Positions 36,088 through 46,800 of a stretch of 64,000 nt of DNA are shown in pieces. A program made the position numbers and the translations under genes. This stretch comes from a virus. Its lineage: Duplodnaviria > Caudoviricetes. Position 1 is the stretch's first letter. Each line of letters begins with the position of its first letter. The DNA lies in IMG/VR virus record IMGVR_UViG_3300047282_000191, positions 1-64,000 of that record; one strand, 5' to 3'. The notes under the pieces were generated by a model. That model made no database searches, was not told the DNA's origin, and saw only the letters and a list, made by a program, of their open reading frames with translations.

Positions 36088-37591
36088 ACCAATCCTTTAA
36101 AAATTCATAATGATTTGGAAATGTATCTATAGCATTATCTATTTCAGATCTTTTACATTTAATAAAATATTCAGCGTACTTTAATTCTTCTTTAGAAAGT
36201 TGGTATTTTTCTGTATCAGCATATGCATCATTGGCATGTAACATACTAAACCAATGTCCGCTATGAAATCCTGAAGTTTTATCATCTAAATAAAAATTTC
36301 TGTGTAATATAGGATAGAATTGACTAAACATCTCTTGCACGTAAATCGGTGCATTTTCAAGTTTTTGGCTTCTAATCTCTTTCCAAAAAGGAGTATCATC
36401 TCTATCGCTATAATGATAATGAGCCCAAACAAATGCAATAATCTCAACGACCATATTAATATATGAAGCATTAAATGCATTCATAAGATTATCATTCCAT
36501 ATACCGCTGTGATGGTTTAAACCGTTTGTTAATGCTTCAACTATCTTAGTAGTAAACGTGATGCCAGTAGCTTCTAATGGTTCTACAAATCCAGCCGATA
36601 GACCAACTGCTATTACATTTTTATATGCTACTTTCTCTGATGCACCGCATCTCATCTTTAAATGACGAGCTTTAGCATCATACTCACCAATACTATCTCT
36701 AAGTTCTTTTTCAGCATCCTCTGCAGAGATATGTTTAGATGAATAGACATATCCATTCCCAATTTGTTTGAAAGTAGGGATAGTCCATCTCCAACCACTG
36801 GTCATAGTAGTAGCTTTTGTATATGGATGACATTCATTATGTGGATCTTTATACTGCGTAGGCATAGCTACAGCACTATCGCACGGCAATATACTAGAAA
36901 TATCCATGAATGGGACTTTAAGTTCTTTATTAATTAACTTAGCTTCAAACCCAGTACAGTCTATAAAAAGATCTGCAGTGTGTTTTCTACCTTGTTCATC
37001 TAACAAGTATTCAATGCCTTCATCAGAAGTTTTTATTTCAGTGATCTTAGTATCAAAGTATGTGATCCTATCTTTAATTAGATCAGCAATAGTATCTAAT
37101 ATATCAAATGCAGAGAAGTGTACAGCTCCCCAATCTTTATATGTTCTTTGCGATAAGTAATGATCAAATCCTTCCAATTTAGGACTTTTATTCGCCATAG
37201 CAAGTCTATAAGCTGGTAACCAATCTCTCCATTCGTTTTTATCTTTATGAATGAAATAATCATGTGCATAAAAATTTGGACCCATAATATGATTTTCTAT
37301 AAAATCATTATCAACGAAGTATGGATCTTTGTTCCAACCAGTTAACAACACACCATATTTGAAAGCCGCATGACATGGTTTCATCCACTGTTTAGGCTCT
37401 AATCCTGCATCATGCAAAAATCTAGATGTAAAAGGTTGTGTTCCCTCTCCAACTCCAATAGGTCCTAGTGCTTTACTTTCTATAAGTGTGATATTACAAG
37501 GAAAATTTAATCGATTCGTTATATAAGCAGCAGTTAACCATCCACTGGTGCCACCACCAAATATCGTTATATTCTTTATCTTCTTAATCAT
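36056..37591 (-). CDS. prnA: Flavin-dependent tryptophan halogenase-like protein
   Basis: GGGTSGW, IGVGEG, FIDCTG, WRWTIP (WxWxIP) and GFVEPLEATG. Confidence 0.9.
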   Translation of the reverse strand: MIKKIKNITIFGGGTSGWLTAAYITNRLNFPCNITLIESKALGPIGVGEGTQPFTSRFLHDAGLEPKQWMKPCHAAFKYGVLLTGWNKDPYFVDNDFIENHIMGPNFYAHDYFIHKDKNEWRDWLPAYRLAMANKSPKLEGFDHYLSQRTYKDWGAVHFSAFDILDTIADLIKDRITYFDTKITEIKTSDEGIEYLLDEQGRKHTADLFIDCTGFEAKLINKELKVPFMDISSILPCDSAVAMPTQYKDPHNECHPYTKATTMTSGWRWTIPTFKQIGNGYVYSSKHISAEDAEKELRDSIGEYDAKARHLKMRCGASEKVAYKNVIAVGLSAGFVEPLEATGITFTTKIVEALTNGLNHHSGIWNDNLMNAFNASYINMVVEIIAFVWAHYHYSDRDDTPFWKEIRSQKLENAPIYVQEMFSQFYPILHRNFYLDDKTSGFHSGHWFSMLHANDAYADTEKYQLSKEELKYAEYFIKCKRSEIDNAIDTFPNHYEFLKDWYERTGNTVQS

Positions 37592-39261
37592 TTCTTAATC
37601 ACCAAGATGTAAAGTCCATTCCACCACTCTCGTGGGTTTTCTTCAGAGTTTAATATTAACTTTTCATATACGACTCTTGCTTCAACTTCATCTAAACCTT
37701 CTTTAACACCTTGAGCTACAGTCTCCCAATTTGCATCGTCAAAAACTAAGATTGCCTCATCAGCTAATATTGGCCAATAATATTTTATTGCATCAGCAGT
37801 AGACTTTGCATCATGAGGACCATCATACATAAACATATCTATTTTAGAATCAATTTCATTCAAATTAACATTTAACATATCTTCTTTGAAAACTTTTACA
37901 TCTGAAGTTTTTACATAAGGAGATATATTATTGATGAATGTATCATAACTATTGGCTTCAGTTTGGAAATCATCTCTAGCCGGTTGAATCTGTTCTTCCC
38001 ATTTGTCGATCAAGTATGCTTTGATTGGATTATTATATAGTACTGCTGCAGCTGTTGCTCCAAGATATGTGCCTACTTCTAAGTAAGATCCGCATTTTGA
38101 TGCCAACGAGTTTAACAGTGTTTGTACTCTGGAACTCGTTAAACCACTAATGTTGATATTAACTCTTGGAATACCGCTCTTAGCTATACAATCAACTACA
38201 TGTTTTGTAATATCAGTATAATCATACACGTCTTTTTTCTCTTCTATCTTATCACAATACTGACATTCCCAACAATCAAACTTGCAATTCTTAATTTTAT
38301 CTCGCCAAATATTAATAGGTTTGCCAGATATTTGAGCTTTATTAATAAAGTCATCAAAGTTATCATCTAATATTTCTTCTCCAGCAACATATCTTTCAAC
38401 TTTTCGCATGGTTTCTCCCAAGCGATTTATGCTTTCTCTACCATGCATCTTAAAAACATCGATACCCAAATCAAGATATTCATCCCAATCTTTTTTCCAA
38501 GGAGAAAAGTTTGCAGTCTTCAAATAAACTGCTGGATCTTCAACATCCCATTTAGGGCAACTCACTCTACTTATAGAAGAGTTAAAGTATGAAGGATCTT
38601 TATCACTACGAGTATTGTTATATTCGAAGTGTTCATCCATCATAGGACATTCGCCTAAGCAACCTTCGTTGGCCAGTAAACTATATTGGATATCTTTACC
38701 TAAATTTATCTTTATCCATTCTTTAGCTTCTTTTAAACGAAGTAGAGCGTCTCTATCTCTCATCAGATCTCTATCTAAGTTTATATAATCAAACCCCGCT
38801 TGTGCTAATGCTACGACTTCTACTGGTCTTCTGACATTTCGCAATATAGTATTCTTAACAAATAAATCTGGAAATGCTGCTTTAATTTGACCAGTTGCCA
38901 TCCAATGAGTGTGGGGTATGGTCGCTACTTTAATCCCTGCATCATATAACGGCTTAAAGTTAAAGATAAAGGTATCTAAGTTTGTTTGTGTTGGCGGTAC
39001 TTGAATATTATTAAATGTAGCCGATGCCTTTATGCCCAAATATTTTTGAATATTTAAAGCAGTTTCAATAAGGTTGACTTTGTCTTGATTAAATATGATC
39101 ACATCACCCATAGCATCTTGTTTAAATGGGTCTATTCTAGATGTGAAGTATACATCAGCAATCCAGTCTTTATACTGATCTAGCCAATGATAAAATGCCG
39201 TAAACTCTTCTTGTGAAAGTTTAGGATTGATGGGTATGCTAAAGATTTTTTGTGGATTCAC
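37588..39261 (-). CDS. U32-family domain fused to a class I SAM methyltransferase
   Basis: LLANEGCLGECP, DVFKMHGRE and CKFDCWECQYC; C-terminal YLEVGTYLGAT and FMYDGPH. Confidence 0.75.
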   Translation of the reverse strand: MNPQKIFSIPINPKLSQEEFTAFYHWLDQYKDWIADVYFTSRIDPFKQDAMGDVIIFNQDKVNLIETALNIQKYLGIKASATFNNIQVPPTQTNLDTFIFNFKPLYDAGIKVATIPHTHWMATGQIKAAFPDLFVKNTILRNVRRPVEVVALAQAGFDYINLDRDLMRDRDALLRLKEAKEWIKINLGKDIQYSLLANEGCLGECPMMDEHFEYNNTRSDKDPSYFNSSISRVSCPKWDVEDPAVYLKTANFSPWKKDWDEYLDLGIDVFKMHGRESINRLGETMRKVERYVAGEEILDDNFDDFINKAQISGKPINIWRDKIKNCKFDCWECQYCDKIEEKKDVYDYTDITKHVVDCIAKSGIPRVNINISGLTSSRVQTLLNSLASKCGSYLEVGTYLGATAAAVLYNNPIKAYLIDKWEEQIQPARDDFQTEANSYDTFINNISPYVKTSDVKVFKEDMLNVNLNEIDSKIDMFMYDGPHDAKSTADAIKYYWPILADEAILVFDDANWETVAQGVKEGLDEVEARVVYEKLILNSEENPREWWNGLYILVIKK

Positions 39262-39286
39262 TCAATTCATCCTATAAAATTATATG

Positions 39287-40054
39287 TTAAAGCTTTACTT
39301 CGACTGGATCGCCAATCTCCCACGTTAACTTAAAAACTTTTGGGTCAATATTATCTATAGTAGGTCCAGTATCAAGCATTTCTTCAGTTATCGGATCGAT
39401 AACGACTCTTGTCGTCGAGGGTTTAATGATATCCCATTTAGCTCCTGACTCAGTAGTACCGTGTTTTGTTTCTGGATCAACTTTTATAAATGCATAATTA
39501 AAGTGATTGTGCATGATCATATGACAATCATAGTTTGTAATACACGCCTCTATTGAACTTTTAATACCATTTACTTTTTTATTGTATCTAGTTTTGTTAC
39601 CCTCGGAAAGAGCATCAAACTGTCTTTGTGTGTAGTGTAAAAGAATAGTTTTAATAAATTCTACAGAATTTTTTTCGTCTTCTTCTGTTATCGTATATGT
39701 AAACTTATCTCTTGGCAACAAAACCCTAGACTTTGGAATATTTAGTGATTCTTTTACCCACTCAAAAGCCTGTTGTTCGACTTTGATGTTCATGGTTTTT
39801 CGTTGATTTAAATCAATGTGAGAAAACCATGAAGCTCTAGCCACATTTTCTGGCAATTCGATTAATACGTTCTGCAGTTCTTCGGGAAGGTTTGGTATTT
39901 CATCATTTATTTGAAATACATCATACAACCAAAAACTACATAGGGTTTTATGATCAACCTTTTCTAGAAGTTTTAAAAAGTATTCATTCTTTTCAAGTGT
40001 TATATATTTCATGGAATTCTTTTGGTAAAGTAACTTCTGGAGCCTTCGGTGCAT
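39287..40054 (-). CDS. Hypothetical protein
   Basis: ORF track; probable start at MKYITLEKN. Confidence 0.75.
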   Translation of the reverse strand: MHRRLQKLLYQKNSMKYITLEKNEYFLKLLEKVDHKTLCSFWLYDVFQINDEIPNLPEELQNVLIELPENVARASWFSHIDLNQRKTMNIKVEQQAFEWVKESLNIPKSRVLLPRDKFTYTITEEDEKNSVEFIKTILLHYTQRQFDALSEGNKTRYNKKVNGIKSSIEACITNYDCHMIMHNHFNYAFIKVDPETKHGTTESGAKWDIIKPSTTRVVIDPITEEMLDTGPTIDNIDPKVFKLTWEIGDPVEVKL

Positions 40055-40904
40055 CAGGACTATGTTCTAATTTTGCTCTTGCTGCATTGATTAGTTCAAT
40101 ATCTGCATTTATAGCATTATTGATAAGTTGGGGATCCAATGAACCAATATAGTTTAATTTACCATCATTGGTTAATTGTAATGATTTAGCTGCTTCTTGA
40201 CGCAGAGTTACTTGTTGTTGTTCTACTGCTAAGTTGACTGTATGAGCCAGCGCTAAAGTTTCTTCACGTTGATTAGCATCTAACTGCATGATAGCATCCA
40301 AATTGCCTGATCCTATTCTACCATATGCACATAGATCCATAGCCGCTTGTCTTGCTAAGCGAACAGTCCAATATTCTCTCTCGTATTTTTCTTCTTCTTC
40401 GGTTCCAAGCACTTCTGTTAGTGGTCTACCATCTGGCGTTTTACCATGAGGACCATTTAAAAATTCTTCTACGAGTTCTAAGAAAAATTGGCGTTCTATA
40501 TAAAGATCTTTCACACGAGTTCTTGTAGATGCAACCCCATTAGTTTTCCTTTTTACTTCTAACTCAAGCATCTCTTTCAATAAAGGATCCGTCTCATTGT
40601 CACGGTCTCTCTCAGCCATCTTAAGCTCAATCTCAACTTTCTTTAGTTCATATTCTTGAGCTTCAAGTGAATCTTCTCGAGCTCGAAGCTCGAGTAAGTA
40701 TTGTCGAACTATATGAAATGGAGTATATTCTGCTTGACCCACAAACCATTTCAACTTAAACTTTGGAGTACTCCAATAGTTGTTGTATGAAAATTCTATG
40801 AGTTCTTGAGATTTTTGAGGGAGTAAAGAAACCTCTGTTGAAATTTTCTTTTTAGGGAAGAAGTTCTCGTACTTATATTTGCCGTATTCTACTATGTCAG
40901 TCAT
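39993..40904 (-). CDS. Hypothetical coiled-coil protein
   Basis: ORF track; long helical region; YWTVRLARQAAMD..GRIG.GN. Confidence 0.8.
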   Translation of the reverse strand: MTDIVEYGKYKYENFFPKKKISTEVSLLPQKSQELIEFSYNNYWSTPKFKLKWFVGQAEYTPFHIVRQYLLELRAREDSLEAQEYELKKVEIELKMAERDRDNETDPLLKEMLELEVKRKTNGVASTRTRVKDLYIERQFFLELVEEFLNGPHGKTPDGRPLTEVLGTEEEEKYEREYWTVRLARQAAMDLCAYGRIGSGNLDAIMQLDANQREETLALAHTVNLAVEQQQVTLRQEAAKSLQLTNDGKLNYIGSLDPQLINNAINADIELINAARAKLEHSPDAPKAPEVTLPKEFHEIYNT

Positions 40905-40951
40905 TTTTTACCTTTTTACAAAAATATGATTTAGCTATCATTAACTATATA

Positions 40952-42199
40952 TCAGTCTCTCCAGAAACAGTGTCCTGATGAAGCACCGGCGTGTCCTTGT
41001 ACTTCTGTACTAAGCGTTGCACCAGCGTCAGTGGCATATATGATCCTACCGCAACGGTTATTTTGTCCAATAGAATCGTCATATTGTCCGATCATATAAC
41101 CACGATCTTGTGACATACCATGATTTTCTTCTCCGCAATTGCCCCAAGGTTTGCCGATGGTGCCATAAGACTCGTTCGCGATGTTAATCTTTCTGTAGTT
41201 GTAGCCACCAGCATAACTACCTTCGTTACCGCCATAACCAAAACCAGTCTTAGCGGGTAAGCCTTTTTGTTGACCGTGAGCGCCGCCTTGCATTCCAATC
41301 GTTGCTTGAGTTTCAGTTGAAAATTCTATACGTCTATTTTGATTACTGCCGCCATGACCCCAATAAATCCCCTTATTTTCACCAGAAACACCAGTAGCAT
41401 GTCCATCATTACCTCCACCTAAGTTAGCGAATGAGTTTGTACTCGCAGTAAACCTAAACATAGTGTTTACACCTTCACCGGTCGTAAATGATCTATTTCT
41501 ATCTGGAGAAAAGGTTGTACCTGTATTAGTACAACTATAACCAGGTGCACCAACTCCGTTCACCTTCGTTTCAGTTCTCATATTGAATGTTGTCGTTGAG
41601 TTACCGTTCCATATATGACCTCTATTACTATCACACATACCAGACTTATAATGGTAGTTATCAATATTTCCGTCACCTAAGTTAGTACATGTCTCTGTAG
41701 AACGAGGGAACCTATTGACGTTTGACCATAAAGTTGAATCTTTGTAACCACCGGCCATGTATAAAGTGGTGATGATTTGACGATATAACCATGGTACTGA
41801 TAACGTTACACTGTATGCACGATCAGACACAGTCTGTGCTCCTGCAGAATTGTCTGCAGCACGTACAGTGAAGTTATAAACCAATCCATCAGTGTTGATA
41901 CCTGAGGCCGTATACTGACCCGTTATTTGTCCAGTAGATGCATTCAATGTAAAACCTGGAGGTAATGAACCCGAGACTATAGTGTATGTGATACCGTTGT
42001 GCCAAGGGTCAAATACTTGTCGTTGACCAGAAACAGATGTGGAACCAGTATTGGCGATCGTATCACCAGCACCGTTTACTGTTGAAGTGCCTAATGAACC
42101 TGCTGGAGCTGACGATGCGGTATCTTGTATAGCGCCGGGGTGAAATCCACCACGACCGCTAATCCGAATATTTCCACCTTTAGTACCGTATGCTGGCAT
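40952..42199 (-). CDS. Putative Ig domain plus Kelch-like beta-propeller protein
   Basis: YTIVSGSLPPGFTLNASTGQITG (He_PIG-like) followed by Gly-rich blade repeats. Confidence 0.75.
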   Translation of the reverse strand: MPAYGTKGGNIRISGRGGFHPGAIQDTASSAPAGSLGTSTVNGAGDTIANTGSTSVSGQRQVFDPWHNGITYTIVSGSLPPGFTLNASTGQITGQYTASGINTDGLVYNFTVRAADNSAGAQTVSDRAYSVTLSVPWLYRQIITTLYMAGGYKDSTLWSNVNRFPRSTETCTNLGDGNIDNYHYKSGMCDSNRGHIWNGNSTTTFNMRTETKVNGVGAPGYSCTNTGTTFSPDRNRSFTTGEGVNTMFRFTASTNSFANLGGGNDGHATGVSGENKGIYWGHGGSNQNRRIEFSTETQATIGMQGGAHGQQKGLPAKTGFGYGGNEGSYAGGYNYRKINIANESYGTIGKPWGNCGEENHGMSQDRGYMIGQYDDSIGQNNRCGRIIYATDAGATLSTEVQGHAGASSGHCFWRD

Positions 42200-42202
42200 T
42201 TA

Positions 42203-43840
42203 TTAATCTCTCCAAAAACAATGACCTGATGAAGCTCCACCATGACCTTGAATACTTGTAAATCCAGATGCGATGGCATCTGTAGCATAAATTACTCGAC
42301 CGCAGTTATTATTTTGCGCACCGTTATACTCACCTAAGATATAACCTCTGTCTTGAGACATAGCATAGTTTTCTTCACCGCAGTTTGCAAGAGCCTTAGT
42401 AATTGTGCCATATGACTCGTTAACAATGTTAGTTTTACGCCAGTTATAACCGCCGTTCCAAGATCCTTCATTACCAGCATAACCTAAGTTAACTTTAGAA
42501 GATAAACCCTTTTGTTGATGGTGTGCACTAGCTGCAAGACCGATCGTAGCTTGAGCTTCTGTGGAAAAGTTGATGGAACGGTTTGCATCTCCCCAGAAAA
42601 TACCTTTATTTTCACCAGAAATAGCTGATGCAGCTCCACCTTGTCCACCACCAATCGTTGTATATGATTCGCTTGATGCAACAAACCTAAAGCAGTTGCT
42701 AACACCGGCTCCTACTGTGTATGACGTATTTCTATCAGGTGCAAACGCTGTACCAGTGTCTGAGCAAGAATATCCAGGAGCGCCAGGGTTTGCAACTTTG
42801 GTCTCTGTACGAATATTTGTTTTAGAAGTTTGGTTTAATGATACACCATGACCCCCACCTGCGCCAAATATATAACCAAAGTTATTACTGCACATACCAG
42901 ACTTATAGTTATAGTTATCAATTTGACCATCACCTAGATTGGTGCATGATTCAGTAGCACGCGGGAAACGATTCGAGTTTGACCATGCTGAAGAATCTTT
43001 GTAACCACCAACCATATACATCGTAGTAATAATCTGACGATATAACCATGGCACAGATAGAGTAACTGTATATGAGCGATCTGAAAATGATGGTGCACCA
43101 ATAGATGCATCGGTCGCTCTAACAGTGAATGAGTATACTTGCCCATCGGTATTAATACCTGATGCAGAGTATGTACCAGTGATCTGGCCAGTGGTAGAGT
43201 TTAGTGTGAAGCCTGGAGGTAATGAACCAGATGATATTGAATATGTTACTGCACCATTATGAAACGGATCAATCGTACCGCGCTGACCTGAGATGCGTGT
43301 TGAACTCGTATTAGCTGTTGTATCACCTGTACCATTTACGACTGTAGTACCAAGAGTACCACTTACTTCTGAGACTGGGTTATCAAACGCCCAGATATAC
43401 ATCGCAGAGTTGTTATCATAAGGATATGTACCTGGAGTGACATCACGATAGTAAACACTAGTGTTAGATCCATCTAATCCTAATGATTGGTTGCTAGCAT
43501 ATAATGTGTATGCTGAAACATCTACTGCATTCCATGCAGGAGATCTTAGTAACCATACTCTACATGGTTGTGTTACTGTGAATGTGCCGCTATCAGTCTC
43601 ATTAATGACTGTAGATGTGACCTTACCAACACCCGTTAAGTATGCTGGTAAGTTTTGATATGTAGTCCAAATGGTTTGTGCAGCATCGATCCTAAGTTGT
43701 AGACCATTAACAGGAGACATGAGCTCAGTACCAGTGCTGACAGAAACTGGATAGTTATTGTCTACTGGTCCAACTCCAGGGTGGAAACCACCCCTTCCCG
43801 TATTTCTGCTACTTCCACCGGTTGATCCGAATAGTGGCAT
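42203..43840 (-). CDS. Paralogous Ig plus beta-propeller protein with an extra N-terminal domain
   Basis: Same GRGGFHPG start, He_PIG-like motif and SSGHCFWRD end as the 40952-42199 protein. Confidence 0.75.
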   Translation of the reverse strand: MPLFGSTGGSSRNTGRGGFHPGVGPVDNNYPVSVSTGTELMSPVNGLQLRIDAAQTIWTTYQNLPAYLTGVGKVTSTVINETDSGTFTVTQPCRVWLLRSPAWNAVDVSAYTLYASNQSLGLDGSNTSVYYRDVTPGTYPYDNNSAMYIWAFDNPVSEVSGTLGTTVVNGTGDTTANTSSTRISGQRGTIDPFHNGAVTYSISSGSLPPGFTLNSTTGQITGTYSASGINTDGQVYSFTVRATDASIGAPSFSDRSYTVTLSVPWLYRQIITTMYMVGGYKDSSAWSNSNRFPRATESCTNLGDGQIDNYNYKSGMCSNNFGYIFGAGGGHGVSLNQTSKTNIRTETKVANPGAPGYSCSDTGTAFAPDRNTSYTVGAGVSNCFRFVASSESYTTIGGGQGGAASAISGENKGIFWGDANRSINFSTEAQATIGLAASAHHQQKGLSSKVNLGYAGNEGSWNGGYNWRKTNIVNESYGTITKALANCGEENYAMSQDRGYILGEYNGAQNNNCGRVIYATDAIASGFTSIQGHGGASSGHCFWRD

Positions 43841-43859
43841 TTATACTACCCTTTCAGAA

Positions 43860-46800
43860 TTAACCGTATGAAGACATTTGACCTAAAACTACCCAAGCTC
43901 CTGCACTAGTTCTAATTAGTGTGAATACAACGACGTCAGTTTTATTAGCTTGAGGAGTAGGTTGTGTGTTACCCGCCCATCTGATAGTTTGTGATGCTGA
44001 ATTAATCTGTACAGCTGTAGGTAAGTATCCTGTACTACCTTGTGCTAATACTAATGTAACAGACATGATCCTACCAGATGTTGTCGGCACGTTGGTAAAG
44101 TTAGCAGTAAAGTTTGCACTAATGCTGGAATGATAGAACACGTCAGTAACAGCGAAATCATGTGTTACTGTACCAGTCGCAGAAGTCTTAGAATCCATCA
44201 ATTCAACGATCGACTCGACGTTAGTGATACCACCAACTTGTAAGTTATTGTTGATCGTTGTAGTACCAGTCGCAGCACCGATATTAACTGTAGTAGCAGC
44301 ACCAAACGCATTTACTGTGGTTGCATTTGTATTGAATAGTGTTACAGTTCCTGTAGATGTTGTAGTGATGTCTCCACCATTTACAGCGATGTCTCCAGTT
44401 AAAGTTAATCCTCCAACTCTTAGATCACCATATGTTAATCCAGTGCCAGAGAAGTTAACTGTGCTTAAAGGTGCTAGTTCATCTAAACCAGTAAATAGTT
44501 TAAACACTCCATCTGAAGCATCTCTCACTAAACCGCTAAACTTAGGTTGGAAGACGACCTTTCCATTTGCGTGTGTAGCTGCCGTTGTGCTATTAGCTCC
44601 ACGAGTACATCCAGTGAATGTTGTAGCAGTTTTACCGGTATATGTGATCTCTTCACTTTCGATGTATAGATGTCCAGTAGAACCAAATGCTGCTGTACTT
44701 GTCACCGTGATCGTAGTAGCTGAAGCTGATATACCACCAACGATATTGATCGTAGTAGCTTGTGAACTGTGGATACCATAGAAACCTAAGTCAACGGTGT
44801 CTGTTGAGTTTCCTGTACCCATCTTGATCATAGGATCTGAAACTGCAAGTGTTGAAGTTTCTAGTGATGAACCAGCACCACCGATAGAGATCGCACCTGT
44901 AATATTAACGTTACCGCCAACATACAAGTTACCTTGTAATCCAACACCACCATCAATACGTAAAGCACCTGTCGTTACGCTTGTAGCTTCAGTATTAGCA
45001 TAGATCTCTACGCCTTCAGCATGACCCGCTCTTGCTGCACCGATGATTCGTAGTTTTTCATTACCAGCATCAAATCCATTTGTAAAGAATACGATATCGT
45101 TTTGTGTTCCAGTATTATCTGTACCAATCAACATGTTGCCAGTAGATGATGTACCTGCTGGTGCTGACATGAAGATGTATCCAGTAGAAGGACCTGTAAC
45201 TGTGAACGTTGGATCGTTGTAGTTCTCAGATGTGATACCCATATCCATCCAACCAGAGTCATTGTCTCCGTTAGATGAATATACGATCATGTCTGTAGAA
45301 GCACCTGTACCACTATTAAAGTTCTTCAATGCTACTTGTACGAATGAATCTGCGTGACCAGTAAATACTGCAGATGCATCGGTTAGACCAACATAACCAG
45401 CGTATACTGTGTCATCTTGTGTAAGCTGTTTAGCTGTGACTTCTCCATCACGACCTTGATAGATAGCACCACCATAAGCTTGGATCTCACCGTCTAGGTT
45501 CAAGTTACCTTGTAATCCAACACCGCCTTGTACTCTTAATGCACCAGTGAATGGGTTATATGAAGCTGTATTGATATAAACCTCAATACCAGCTGGATCT
45601 TTTTGTTGTGTGATAGTCCTAGATGTAAGAGTTTGACGTTGATCTACAGTATATGTTCCAACTCCACCAGCAGTTCCTGTGAGTTGAGATGATATAGTAG
45701 TTCCGTTGACGACACCTGTACCAGTAATTGTCTTTGTACCATCAAATATGATAGGTCCACCGCTAGCAATAGCTGTAACTGTTAATACGTTATCTGCGAT
45801 TGAGCCAGTGAATACTGCTCCGCTTCTGCTTTCACCAATGATACGCATCTTTTCTGCGTCTGTATTTGTTGTCGGATCGAAACCACCTGTAACGAACACG
45901 ATGTCTTTTTCAACTCCGTTTTCACCAGTAGCGATGACTAAGTTACCAGGACCAGTTGAACCAACTGGAGCGTTCATGAACAAGTATCCGTCATGAACGT
46001 CAGTGATACCATATCCAGAGGTGATATCGAATCCAGAGGATGTGATACCCATGTCGATCCAACCTGAATCGTTGTCACCGTCATCTGTGTAGCAGATCAA
46101 GTCTGTAGATGCTGCAGGACCATCATTGATATTCTTAAGAGCGATTTGACCAAACGCATCAACGTCAGAAACGGCTAAGAACTTAACATCTGTTAAGCCA
46201 ACATAACCAGCATATTGATGATCGTCTTGTAGATAAAGCTGTGCGTCTTCACCGATGAAGATAGAAGCTGATGCACTTGTTCCAGCGGTCTCACCGATGA
46301 TCACATGATCTTGAAGATGGATCGTTTCAGCTGCAAGGTGTGCAGTTAATGACCATTCCGGTTCTGTGCCAGCAGGATTTACTACTAAAATAGGTTGGCT
46401 TTGATGTGTAGATCCATCATGATCTGTATGTGATGATCCTAAAGCTGCGATAGGTAGACGAGTTGCACCGCTAGAATCACGATAGATGATATCGCCTCGA
46501 GTAGTAACTACAGCTGAGGCAGAACCGTCAGCGAGTACTTGCCAATAAGTGTTAGTTGTATCTGCTGCAGGAGAGTTACCTGATGATGCAGTGTGTGCTT
46601 GGATACAAATATGAGTACTTGTACCTTGTTTAACAAGTTGATTTAACTTGTATGCTGTACCACTTGTCCAGTTACCTGACCATTCTAAGCCTTCGCTGAA
46701 TAGTTCCCAATGGCCTGTATCATATGGAGTTTCTGTAGTAGCGTCAGCTGTACATAAGTATTGATTGCCGCCGTAACGAACTAGATCACCTGTCTTATAT

